Assembly: GCA_024137785.1 (NCBI GenBank)
Contig: JAHRHZ010000076.1
Coordinates: 1,646,048 to 1,710,047, forward strand
From: Ginglymostoma cirratum
Taxonomy: Eukaryota
Length of the DNA: 64,000 nucleotides
Reading direction: 5' to 3'
The translations under genes were made by a program, and so were the position numbers. Each line of letters starts with the position of its first letter. Position 1 is the stretch's first letter. Below, piece by piece: positions 25,905 through 37,472 of this stretch. The notes below the pieces were generated by a model, which saw only the letters and a program-made list of their open reading frames with translations, was not told the origin of the DNA and did no database searches.

Positions 25905-27125
25905 TGCTGAAGACAGATATATGTTGCTGAAGCTTTTAATCTTATATTCACCAGGATGAATACAAGAATGCCAAAATTCATGCACTAAAAATAATTTACA
26001 CAGCAGGATAAAAGGTTTTAAAGTCAATTCTCATTGTTTTCTCGATGGCAGCAAGACAGCCAATGATGCAGTGTAAGCTTGCAAGCTATCTCGTAATTCA
26101 AAAACTTTGCAAGGCGTGAATATATTCAGTTTGCAGATCAAGTCCCTGCATATGGAGGCATGTTACTTCCAATAGGCATAAATGAAGCATGTTGCAACTT
26201 CAGCTGATAATCTTAAACTGGTTGTTAGAGTAGCTGTTAGCACAGAAGGCCTTTGCAGCAAACATTGCCCAATGCAGAATCACAACTGTACGTGCTTTGA
26301 GTTTAGCAAGCAGGGACGGTTTCAATACAGTCTGTACTCTGACAATTGCCAAAAGCTGAAGGAAATGCTGTTAATCTGATTAAATAATTGCAGTGATGTA
26401 AGGTATACGTACCTGGCATTGCACTGTCACTGAAATTCATTCATGACATTGCTCAATTTTGTTATTTATCAGGACATCATTTTGGACTGACGTTAGCATC
26501 CTGTTGTTTGAAAATAGCACTTTGTCACTGCACAGTAGCGGTGTGAAACAGCTCCCTTAAATGTTGTTCAAATTTTGAGGATATTTGTTTTTCCAGTGTA
26601 ACTTGAGATAGACTGGACACTTCTGGGTCGTTGGTCCATTTGTAAGTTGATGCAATTCCCAGTGAATAATGATGTGATCAGGGTAGCCATTGCCCTGCAA
26701 GATAGCTTTGATGTTTATTTTTGATCTGTGTCAAGTTTGCAGGATAAGTGCATGGATTGGGCCAATCTTATTATATTGCTAATGAAACTTATCTTCTGGC
26801 AGTTGGAGTTATATGAATCCTAACGTATATATTGACTATTTAAGGTAGATTTGTGGCAGATAATAGTGGAGAATCCACTGGCAGATATCTGAGGAGTAAG
26901 CTCAAAACCTTGTGCCTTTTTTGAATATCCTGGTGCTTTGCAAACCTGTAGTTTCCCATTGCATTCTGCGTGACATATAATGGCCAATCAAAGTAGATTT
27001 GCCTACCAATCAACACCTTTCCTCCTCTAGAATAAATTGTATGATCATGAAGTTCAACATTGTTGTTTTTTTCTTTATGTGTGCAAGATGCTAAAGCTTC
27101 AGCAACATATCTCTTTTTTCAACAG
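25905..27125 (-). mobile_element. Old Penelope-like element with inverted terminal pLTR
   Basis: Minus frames QKCPVYLKLHWK..SKFEQH..NRMLTSVQNDVL..SNVMNEFQ*QCNARYV..NNQFKIIS..HLCLLEVT give the linker and GIY-YIG region. 25905-26030 is an inverted repeat of about 26990-27125. Confidence 0.8.
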
Positions 27126-27704
27126 ATAATTCAATCAAGAGACAGTTCCATCTGAATCCACAATGAGAAGGCTAGTCTAATATATGGCTCATCTCTGCCC
27201 ATCTGGCTTAAGAGCTAATGATAGAGCCTGGACTTCATGACAATACACCTGCCCTGTACCACATTCCTAACGATGGGATAGTATGTGGAGGTGATGGAAA
27301 ATTGGGCACTGCGCCATGGATGCCATCCTAAGCCACTGCCCTTGCTGTAATTTTACTGGAAGAAGAGAAATCAGAACATTCACTAATCTAAGGGTTGATT
27401 GAGGCCCATTGTACAGAAATGAGAGCATTCTCCAGTGCCTCAGAGTTTATACCCGCTCCAAATAAATCAAAATGTTGCATACAGTTAGGCAATCTTTCAC
27501 TGTTTGGGTGGTTGCTGGTCAAGGGTAAGGGAATACCTCCTTCAAAGGCCACCCGTGCCTAATGAAGATTCCCAACTCCATCCCCTGCCAAAAAATCCAT
27601 TAAAGCCCATCTTCTTCCTTTGCCTCCCCGTCCTATCGACCTGACCACTTAGTCCCACCCCGTCCCACTTAGCCACCCCCTTGCTAATGGTGCCAATCGA
27701 GCCC

Positions 27705-27845
27705 CAGCAAGTCCAGAGATGTGTATGCTAGGTGGGTTAGCCTGGTTAAGGCAGGGGTTACGGGGACACTTTTTGATGGGTCAGTGTGGACTTGATGGCC
27801 TGAGAGGCCTGCTTCCGTACAGTAGTGATTTTATTATTCTATAGT
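27705..27845 (+). mobile_element. HE1 SINE 3' fragment
   Basis: gtccagagatgtgtatgctaggtggg...gcctgcttccgtacagtag. Confidence 0.6.
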
Positions 27846-28777
27846 TCTATGGCCGCTAAATGACACAAAGGCAAGCTAGCCAAGTGAACGTAGGTTCACC
27901 TCAAAATTCTGGGGACGGACACTCAATCAGTCATCTCCATCCAGGAAAATTTAGCACCACAATTATACAAGTTGCATTTTCAAATAACATTAGACAGTCT
28001 GGGACATTTTCTTCTCTTCCTAGCCTAGGGGCATATATCAACTGTTGACACTCACAGACATGAAAATTACTGTTGCCATCAACAGTTTCACTGTTGTGGA
28101 AGAAGTGGCTAACACATCAAGAGTAGATTTTGCAAATGCATGCTGTTACAACACTGAACTGTAATGGACTTTCCACACATGGTGAACAGTAATTCATTTG
28201 GTGAACTTTTATTGTGAACCAAACTTCTGAGTGCATGATCCTTGTGCACAAAACCTGTACAAAGAACCCAGCATCCACTTCTTATTCTCTGATAATTAAG
28301 GAAGGAACAATATTGTTGGCCTTGTTGTTGGATGTTCTTTTCAATCAGGGAGATTACAGCTGCATCACCAGTTGGTAGACAGTGCTACACTATATTCAGA
28401 TCATCAAGTTGTGGACTGGATGTCTGCAGAGTTTCTTTTTGTTAATGTCACTGGACAAAATGCCACGATTGTCTGTTGCTCACAACAAGAGGAATTTTGC
28501 ACCTTTAGCGAAAAAGTTGATCCACAGATAGCATTCAGTCAACATTACTTTAATTCATGAAAGAAAAGAAAAAGTGGATGGGAAGAGAAATTGTCACAGG
28601 CTGCCAGAGATATCAGATAATGCTAAGATCGTTCTCACTGGACCCATTGCCAGGATGGTCATTTAGAATTGGTTGTGACAATGGGAATGGAGTCTAAAAG
28701 CAGGTAAGTTTTGCAAAAACTGTACAAAGCTTTAGCGAAGCCACTGTTGGAATACTGAGTCCAGTTTGGGAAAATAG

Positions 28778-28951
28778 TAGAGACAATAAAACTGCAGATG
28801 CTGGAATCCACGGTATGATATAGGAGCAGTCATCGTTTCGGGTAGTACCCTTCTTCCTCCTGAAGAAGGGTATTAAACAAAACATTGGCTTCTCCTCCCC
28901 TCCAGATAGTGCCTGGCTTGCTGTGTTCTTCCAGCCTCCCGTTTGTCTACC
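28778..28951. mobile_element. Inverted two-part PLE-derived hammerhead module
   Basis: Minus part (actgcagatgctggaatc..cgtttcgggtagtacccttc) followed by plus part (cctgaagaagggtatt..). 12-bp TSD TTGGGAAAATAG (28766-28777/28952-28963). Confidence 0.75.
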
Positions 28952-28969
28952 TTGGGAAAATAGAAACTT

Positions 28970-29148
28970 GTTGGCTATGCCATAGACTAGTACTCCAGAA
29001 GCCAGGATGAATGACCAGGTCACAGGGGCTGAAATGCCTTCCACAGCTGTTGATGAAAGTTAAATTTCATTAATTAATAAAATTCAATTGAAAGCTAGTA
29101 TCAGAATGAATTATCAATCATTGCCATCGAAAACCCATCTGGTTCACT
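28970..29148 (+). mobile_element. SINE-like head/body, interrupted; continues at 31126
   Basis: Ends aaaacccatctggttcacta, matching about 22575-22593. The continuation atgtcctatagggaagg lies at about 31128. Confidence 0.65.
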
Positions 29149-29149
29149 A

Positions 29150-31125
29150 TTTCTTTTATATGCACTTGTGAGACATGGTCATCGCTGGCTGGCCAGCATT
29201 TATTGCCCATACTTGGTTGCCCTTGAGAAGGTGGTAGTGAGCTGCATTTTCAAACTGCTGCGGTCCGTGTTCTGTAGGTTGATCCACAATGCCCTTAATA
29301 GGAAGGGAATTCCAGGATTTTGACCCAGCAATAGTGAAGGAATGGCGATACATTTCCAAATCAGGATAGTGAGCGGTTTGGAGGGGAATTTGTAGGTGGT
29401 AATTTTTTTTTATGTGTCTGCTGTCCTTGTCCTTCGAGATGGAAAGGATCATGGCTCCTGCCTAAGGATATTTGATGAATTTCTGCAGTTTACTTGTACA
29501 TATTACATACTGTTGCGACTAAGCATCAGTGGTGGGGAGATTGGATGCTTGTAGATGTGATGCTGCATTTTCCCAGATAGTGTCAATTTCTTGAGTGTTG
29601 TTGCAGCTGAACCCATTGATACAAGTGAGGAGTATTTCATCACACTCCTGACTTGTGCCTTGAAGATGGTGGGCAGGCTTTGGAGAGTCAGGAGGTGAGC
29701 TACTCACTGCAATATTCCTAACCTCTGACCTGCTCTTGTAGCCACCATATTTTTTATGGTGAGTCTAGTTGAGTTTCTGGTCAATGGTAAGCCCCAGGAT
29801 ATTGATAGTAGGGAATTCAGTGATGGTAACATCATTGAATGTCAAGGGGCAGTGGTTGGGTTATCTCTTATTGCAGATGGTCATTGTCCAGCATTTGTTC
29901 GGTGCAAACGTTTCTTGCCACTTGTCAGTCCAACCCTGGACATTGTCCGGATCTCGCGCATTTGAACACGGACTCAGTATCAGGGAGTTGTGAATGGTGC
30001 TGCACATTTTGCAATAATTAGGGAACATCCCCACTTCTGACCTTATGATGGAGGGAAGGTCATTGATGAAACAGCTGAAGATGGTTGGACCTAGGACACC
30101 AGTCTGAGGAACTCCTGCAGAGATGTCCTGGAGCTGAGATGACCGACCTCCAACAACCACAGCCATCTTCCCAAATGCCAGATATGACTCCAACCAGCAA
30201 AGAATTTGCCCCCTGATACCCATTGATTCCAGTTTCGTTAGGGCTCCTGATGCCTCACTCGGTCGAGTATTGTGTTGATGTCAAGGGCTGTCACTCTCAC
30301 CTCGTCTCTGGAATTCAGCTCTTTTGTCCATGTTTGAACCAAGGACGTAATAAGGTCAGGAGCTGACTGGCCCTGACAGAACCCAAACTGGGTGTCACTG
30401 AGCCAGTTATTGCTAGCAGGTGCTGTTTAACAGGGCTGTCAATGGCACCTTCCATCATTTTACTTATGATTGAGAGTAGACAGATGGATTGGTAATTGGT
30501 CAGGTTGGATTTGTTCTATTTTTTGTGTACAGTATATATCTGGGCAAATTTCCACATTGTTGGATAAATGCCAGTGATGTAACTCTTCTGGAACAGTTTG
30601 GCTAAGGGAGCAGCAAGTTCTGGAGCACAAGTCTTTAGTACTATGGCTGAAATGTATTCAGGGCCCATAGCTTTGCCATAGCCATTGCTTCTGTTTCTTG
30701 ATAACAAGTGGAGTGAATTGAATTGGCTGAAGATTGGAATCTGTGATGCTGGGGACCATTGGAGAAGGCCAAGATGAATCATCCACTTGTCACTTCTCAC
30801 CGAAGATTTTTGCAAATGTTTCAGCCTTATCTTTTGCACTGATATATTGGGTTCTTCCATCATTGAGAATAGGAAAATTTGTGAAGCCTCCTCCTCCTGT
30901 GAGTTGTTTAATTGTCCACCATCCTGCATGACTGGATGTGGCAGGATTGCAGAGTTCAGATCTGATCCGTTAGTTGTGGGATCGTTTAGCTTTTGCAATC
31001 ACTTGCTGCTTATGCTGCTTGGCATGCAAATAGTCCTGTTTGGTAGCTTCACCAAGCTGATACCTCATTTTTAGGAACGCCTGACGCTTTTCCTGACATG
31101 TTGTCCTACACTTTCCATTGCCCTT
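29150..31125 (-). mobile_element. CR1-group LINE (RT to 3' end), 5' truncated
   Basis: ORFs 29861..30223 (GVPQTGVLGPTIFSCFINDLPSII) and 30516..30998 (KAMGPEYISAIVLKTCAPELAAPL). 3' tail at 29150-29225. Confidence 0.9.
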
Positions 31126-31427
31126 TGATGTCCTATAGGGAAGGGCTACATGTGACTTCAGATGTGCAGCAATATGGTTGACTTGTAAATGCACTCCCAG
31201 TTGGCCTAGCAAGACATTTGCTGTACCAAAGCAACACAGAAAAATAAGAAAGAAGTAAAACTGGATAGCCCACCTGGTTTGGTAAGTCACTGGAAATGAC
31301 CTGGCATATTTTGCCCTGTCAACCCTGTAAGGACTTTTCTCTCAACTTCTCGGGACTTGTACAGGAATGAAAAAAGTTGACTCACAGACTGAACAAACAA
31401 CAGCCTGAAAAAGTCATTGTTGCGTAT
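31126..31427 (+). mobile_element. Continuation of the SINE-like body into an APE endonuclease N-terminus (LINE 5' end)
   Basis: SINE-body motif ggctacatgtgacttcaga..gcaatatggttgact, then LNFSGLVQE*KKLTHRLNKQQPEKVIVAY at 31341-31427, resembling APE motif I. Confidence 0.6.
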
Positions 31428-32599
31428 GTCTCACAGTTAGTATGCAGTATACCTTTAAGAGGCAAACTCATGATATTACAACTCTAACATAGTGTGTGGC
31501 CTGAATTTTTAAATGTCTCAGACTCCATCTTAACAAAGGCCACTCAAAGCATGGCTAGCTGTTGATCGGGTGCAACCCTTTGCAACTGAATAGCTTAATA
31601 TTAGGTCAGGCATTGAAGCGCTCATGAGAGTAATATTTATATAAACCTGTAATAAATGTCTGTTCATATTATCACATTATCCACATCTAGTTCTTATGTT
31701 ATGGGAGCTAACATAAACATTGCCACATCAGGTACAAAGACACTACTGGAGGTAATGAACTCACAACGGCAGTAGTTCAGTTATATGTAAGGACTATACT
31801 TTACGTACAATGAACAGAATCTGGCAAGCCCCTGAACATAGGAATTAGTGAGAAGTTTTGGAAAATAGGATGAGATCAGCAGTCAAAAGATTCTTGATGC
31901 CAAGAGCTAAATGCCCTATTTTCCAACCAAGTGTTGAACAGTGAGCCAAAAATCTCACTCATGAGTAGCAGTAGCTCTATTAGCAAATATTTACATGCAT
32001 TAATACCTCACTATTAGCTAATCTTGCCTGATTTATAAGCAGTTTCACCTTCTCCCATCCACCAGATAGAAACAGAACAGTGAAAACTCCTGAAAGTCAA
32101 AGTGGGTACCTGGCGATTCCAGTTCACTGCTCATTCCTCTGAACCCCCCAAGTTGGATAGCAGTCACCAACATCTCATGGCAAGCACCATGGCAACCACA
32201 TACATACTACATCCATAGATGTTGGCATTGTATACATACCAACCTCAGTGCATCATCATGGCATGTCTCCAATCTACTTGCAGTATGGTTCAATGCTGCG
32301 CTTTGGAATGGACTGGCACCTTTCATTGTAATGCTACTTCCAGGACATTATGCACACAGGGATAGGCACTCGTTTCATGGATTGAACAAAGCTGCATATC
32401 AGAACTGCTCACTTGATCCTTTAGCACTTATTCACTTTGCACCCTCTCGCATGTTCACAGGATCTCTGCTTAACCATGCTTTTTAGTATTTTGCCCCCTC
32501 AGCCAGAACATAAAGACTCACAGTATTCTGTCTTGACACAAAGACAAGCAACTTGTCATGGTTGCCAGCTGTTGTTTATCAAGTAGATGGACATAAGGC

Positions 32600-32730
32600 A
32601 TAAAAAAAAGAACTGCTGATGCTGGAAATATTTGTTCTGAGGAAGGGTCGTTGGACATGAAACATTAACTCCATTTTCTCTGCACAGATATTGTTGGACC
32701 TGCTGAGTTTTTCCTGCAATCTCTGTTTGT
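32600..32730. mobile_element. PLE-derived hammerhead module with a short inverted tip
   Basis: aactgctgatgctggaaat (minus), then gttCTGAGGAagggtcgttggacatGAAACATTaact (plus). Confidence 0.7.
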
Positions 32731-32952
32731 GAAGGAGCTGGGCATGTTTTTTGTCACCATGTCATGTCAATTTCAAAGCAGCACTATATGTAAGCAGCAT
32801 ATGAGCCAAGCACATGACATTTGCATCAACTTAATAGCCACGTCTCAAAGTCAAAGCCAAGTATGCTTACGCCATGTCTAATTCTGCTGTGGGGAAGCTA
32901 TGGCCTAGCAGTATTATTGCTAGACTATTAATCCAGAAACTCAGCTAATGTT

Positions 32953-33630
32953 TATGCATAAATTACAAAAAGTTGGTTTGCAGGTGCCAAAGGTAATTAA
33001 GAAGGCCTTAATTTATGGAGTTTAAAAATAGGGACGTTATGCTGCAGCTGCATAGGGCGCTGGTGACGCCAAACCTGGAATGCTATGCACAGCTTTAGTC
33101 TCCTCACTTGAGAAAGAATGTACTATTACAGGAGGGGGTGCAGAGGAGGTTCACTAAGTTGATTCTGGAGTTGAGAGGGTTGGCCTATGAGTTCTGGTTG
33201 AGTCGACCGGCACTATATTCATTGGAATTGAAAAGAATGAGGGTGGGTTCTTATAGAAATGTATACAATTATGAAGGGAATAGGTCAGATAGAAGCAGCA
33301 AAGTTGTTTCCACTGGCAGGGAAACTAGAACTGGGGGCATAGTCTCAAAATAAGGGGGACCCAATTTAGGACTGAGTTGAGGAGGAACCTCTTCCTCCAA
33401 AAGGTTGTGTATCTGCAGAATTCCCTGCCCACTGAAGCAGTTGAGGCTACCTTGTTAAATGTTTTAAGGTAAAGATAGATAGATTTTTGAACAATAAAAG
33501 AATTAAGGACTGTGGTGAGTGGCTGGGTAAGCGGAAATGTGTCCCTGAAAAGATCAGCCATGATCTTATTGAAGAGCAGTCTCAATTGGCCACATGGCCA
33601 ACTCCTGCTCTTATTTCTTATGTTCTTATG
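32953..33630 (+). mobile_element. CR1-type LINE 3' fragment directly after a SINE head (32889-32952)
   Basis: ORF 33108..33353 (EGVQRRFTKLILELRGLAYE). Tail cttatgttcttatg. Confidence 0.85.
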
Positions 33631-33694
33631 GTTCTGGGTACAGCGGGTGATCTATGTTGATGTTAGGTCAAACATAGTCACCATGGACCATGAT

Positions 33695-33860
33695 AACTCA
33701 GTGATTAGCATGCTGCCTCACAGCACCAGGATTTAATTTAATTGGGTGTCTGCCTGTGTGGAATCTGCATATTTTTGTCGCGTCTGTGCAGTTTTCCTCC
33801 GGGTGCTCTGGTTTCTTCCCACAGTCCAAAGATGTGCAGGCAAGGTGGATTAGCCATTTG
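33695..33860 (+). mobile_element. HE1 SINE partial
   Basis: tgctgcctcacagcaccagg...cccacagtccaaagatgtgcagg. Confidence 0.8.
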
Positions 33861-34709
33861 AATGTGAGCAGTAATAAAGCCTTAAATAAATGAATGCCTT
33901 AAAGACCATTTTCAGAGATGTGAAAGGATATCAATTGTTTTGAGGAGTAAAAACAACTGAAGACCAAATTAATCCAAAGGAGAAGTGGAAATACTTTTTT
34001 TTCTTAAAAGCTCTATAGGGAACTGAAAGGAGTAAGAGTAATTTAAAAAGTCGTTTGAGAATGACTCCATTTAATATCTGAAATGATGAGGTGACAATAG
34101 AATATCTTGTAGTTGATAGAAGAGGTATGAAAAAGCAATTAATAACATAACATGTGGGACTTTAAAGATCAGAAAGTTCATCTGGTAAATAAATTAGATA
34201 AAGAATCAGAGAAATGTGAGTGTACTAAATGGTTTCATTTCCATTTCACAATTAAAAATAACTTGCAATTACAGAATAAGTTATTTTCCTAAAAAGATCA
34301 CTAACATATATAGATGTCAGTGAAATATGTATCATGAAAAATATCAAGGCATTAAAGATGAAAAATTACTTCTATTGGCAGTAATGGAGAAATATTTAAA
34401 CCATTATTTGACATCACTTACCTATTACCATCACAAGGTGTTAAGTATATGAAATAACTTAATTATGGCATTAAAATAGCCTATTGCTGATGTTTTTGGA
34501 AAACATTTAAATTCTCAATGTATTACTCATCTTTTTTTTGTCATTTGTTTTCTATTGAGGACTAAATTTCTGGATGAAATCGTCCAGCCCAACTTCAAAT
34601 AGGCAACTGACACTCTCAAATCTTTAAAAACACACAAATAATTTAGATTAGCCAAAAATTGACTGCAGCTATAAAATTCAGTGGCTCCTTTGAAGGAGAG
34701 TTTCCCAAA

Positions 34710-35542
34710 TGTTACACCTGTGAAGTGTCAAAGAAACTTCAAAGGGAGAAAAAGTCACAATAAACTGAATTTGTAATCTCTCAGGAGTACCTCAGGCTGT
34801 GAAAGTGATGATAAAAAACAAGAACTGGTGGCTGGGTGAGAGACATATTTGTGTTTTCCATCTTTCAGAAATGCACAGGGACAAAGGTGAAAAGTAAGCT
34901 TCAGCCCTGGTTTGTGTATGGTAGTGTGCTGAAGTCCTTGCATGAAGATTAATGTGCTGTGAGAGTCAGAATTCTGAGAACAATCTTTCAGGCATTCCTG
35001 CATTGCAACTAAAGCAACTAAAAACATTTTCTTTCATTCTCAGCGCTGCCAGTCAGATACTGCCAAAAGTAATTGCCTCAAAAGAGTTTCAATCAACCCA
35101 CAAAGCCAAGAATCTCAAAATCGATAACAAGATAACACTGTTCACCTACCTGCTGTTCACAAACAATTCAGAGACTGATCCATAGATTCCGTTTAACATT
35201 TCTCTTTTTGTACTCACCTGTTATTTCGCATCAGTGTGTATGTGCGCTGCGTAATTATTTCTTCATGCATTTAATAATTAATAAGTTCACCATTTGTTGT
35301 TAATGCAATAGCACCTGCTTAAATTAGCTCCTTTAAAGAAAAACACATTTGAGTTTTGGAGAAAGGTATCCTTAGGAGAAATGATCCTTTTAAAATTGAC
35401 CTTGTTGTGATAAGTTAAGGCGGTATGTGAACAACCGAGGGGATCCAGCACACATCTCTTCACTCAGGGGTTTAATGGTTTGAAGTAACCCATTTAGATC
35501 CATAGTAAATTGTGGAACCTCACCCAGTGATTGGTCATAACA
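34710..35542 (+). mobile_element. Possible solo LTR-like element
   Basis: Candidate TGTTA... start and ...GGTCATAACA end. No TSD found. Confidence 0.3.
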
Positions 35543-35954
35543 GTACTTTCCTATCTTAAAGGTATAGATAAATTAATTGAACAAAATTCAAAGAAAAATG
35601 GGGTTACAATGAAGTACAATAACACGATAGAGCTCGGATGAAGCATGAGATTGATGTAAGATCTGTGGGGTCTAGTCTAATTTAACTGTAGGACTTAAGT
35701 CAATTACAACTAAATTCTACATTGGGAGTTGTGATCTAAAACGAACATTCAACTCAGGATAGCTACATGTTAAATATGATGGTGTTTTCACATACTCCAC
35801 ATACTTTATAAAGTTTATCACAATAAGCAAAAAATTACGATACTGGCAAAGGGTGATTGTCTTGATGGCACACCAGGTCTTCAACCTTTGGTTAAGTCTG
35901 TCACTGTCTTTTGTTTGAAGTCTATCTTCTGACTTATCTTCTTCTTCAATATAA

Positions 35955-36295
35955 AGTCATAGAGTCAGGCAACATAGAACCAAGCCCTTTGGCCCACCAT
36001 ATCTGTGCTGACCAACAGGCAACAACCTGTACTAATTTCATTTACCTGCACTTGGTCCACAGCCAACTATGCTCTGGCATCTTGCATGTTCATCCAGCTT
36101 CTTCTTAAATGTTGTGTGGGTACTGGCCTTAACCACCCTCTCAGGCAGTGTGTTCCATATTTCTACAGTGTAAAAAAATTCCCTCAGATCTCTTCTTACT
36201 CCTCACCTAGAACTCATGCCCTCTGATCTTAGACACATCTGCCATGGGGAAAAGATTCTCATAACAATTCAATCAGATCCCCCTCAGCCTCTTCC
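35955..36295 (-). mobile_element. CR1-type LINE 3' end
   Basis: agtcatagagtca..gccctttggccca tail. Confidence 0.7.
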
Positions 36296-37184
36296 TTTGA
36301 TGATGATGATGCTACATGCTTAGATTCTTACAAATCTGTTAAATTACATGCGTTTCCTTGCTTATATCGATGCCATAGTATGTAAAACCCCTTTCCTGAC
36401 CATCTGTTTGGACAGTAATTATCTAACTGAGTTTTGACAATGCTATCTTGAGCCTCGTTTGGGACATTGTGATTTGGGGACATCCAGACTCATGTTGCTT
36501 TGACTCCAGGAACTCCTTCAAAAAGATTAACACAATAGGTTGTACTTGAATTCAGTGCTGCCCTGTTGCCTGCTCATCAATGTGATCACTTTGTTGCATT
36601 GGCTTGCGCTTATCTTGTTTCACAATCTCTTGATTAGATCGAGTATTCACTGGTTAAAAAAGACTGACAGCTTCCTTGGAGATACCCATAGTCTAACAAA
36701 CTTTAAAGGAAAGGTTTCTATTTGGCATGAACTAATCCTTTCCATTGCTCCCTGTTATGTTCTGAATATGCAGAACTTTAGCTAATGTTCAACTGAGCTT
36801 GTCCATCATGTTTTATACTTATATTACAAAAAAGACAGTTGTAACTGAATGACTTAAGGAGAAGAATTTCTCATAATACTTGAATACTATAGATACCATC
36901 CTGCAAGAACTTGATTCAAACAAAAATGGACTTTCTGAGTCACTTGCAGTGCATGTGAAGACCCAGACGATGAGAGAAATGTACATGATTGAAGTGTGGC
37001 AAGGCCACAATTTTAGGATTCACCATACCCCATCTTTACATTGTCCAATTGTTTTTTTTCAATTACAGCAAATATATGAAATTAGAAATATTTGTGATCA
37101 GTTTGTCACCTGTGAACTCCCTGTCCCTACCTGCGAATGAAAGAGGTGTATGTTTGCCAGTTATTTATAGGCCAGTTATTTATA

Positions 37185-37472
37185 GGTGGCACAGTGGTTA
37201 GCACTGCTGCCTCACAGCACCAGGGACCTGGGTTCAATTCTACCCTTGGGTGACTATCTGTGTGGAGTTTGCACATTCTACCTGTATCTGCGTGGGTTTC
37301 CTCTGGGTGCTGCAGTTTCCTCCCACAGTCCAAAGATGCGCAAGTTAGGCCATGCTAAATTGCCTGTAGTGTTCAGGGATGTGTGGGTTATAGGGGGTTT
37401 GGTCTGGGTTGGATGCTCTGAGGTTCAGTGTGGATTTGTTGGGCTGACAGGCCCCACATTGTAGGGATTCTA
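37185..37472 (+). mobile_element. HE1-type V-SINE
   Basis: Head ggtggcacagtggttagcactgc. Preceded by the 15-bp tandem duplication (gccagttatttatag)2. Confidence 0.9.

Noticed and set aside
28095-28385. About 90 open codons on the minus strand with an HALR motif, suggesting a tyrosine recombinase
   Set aside because: The other catalytic residues are missing at the expected spacing.
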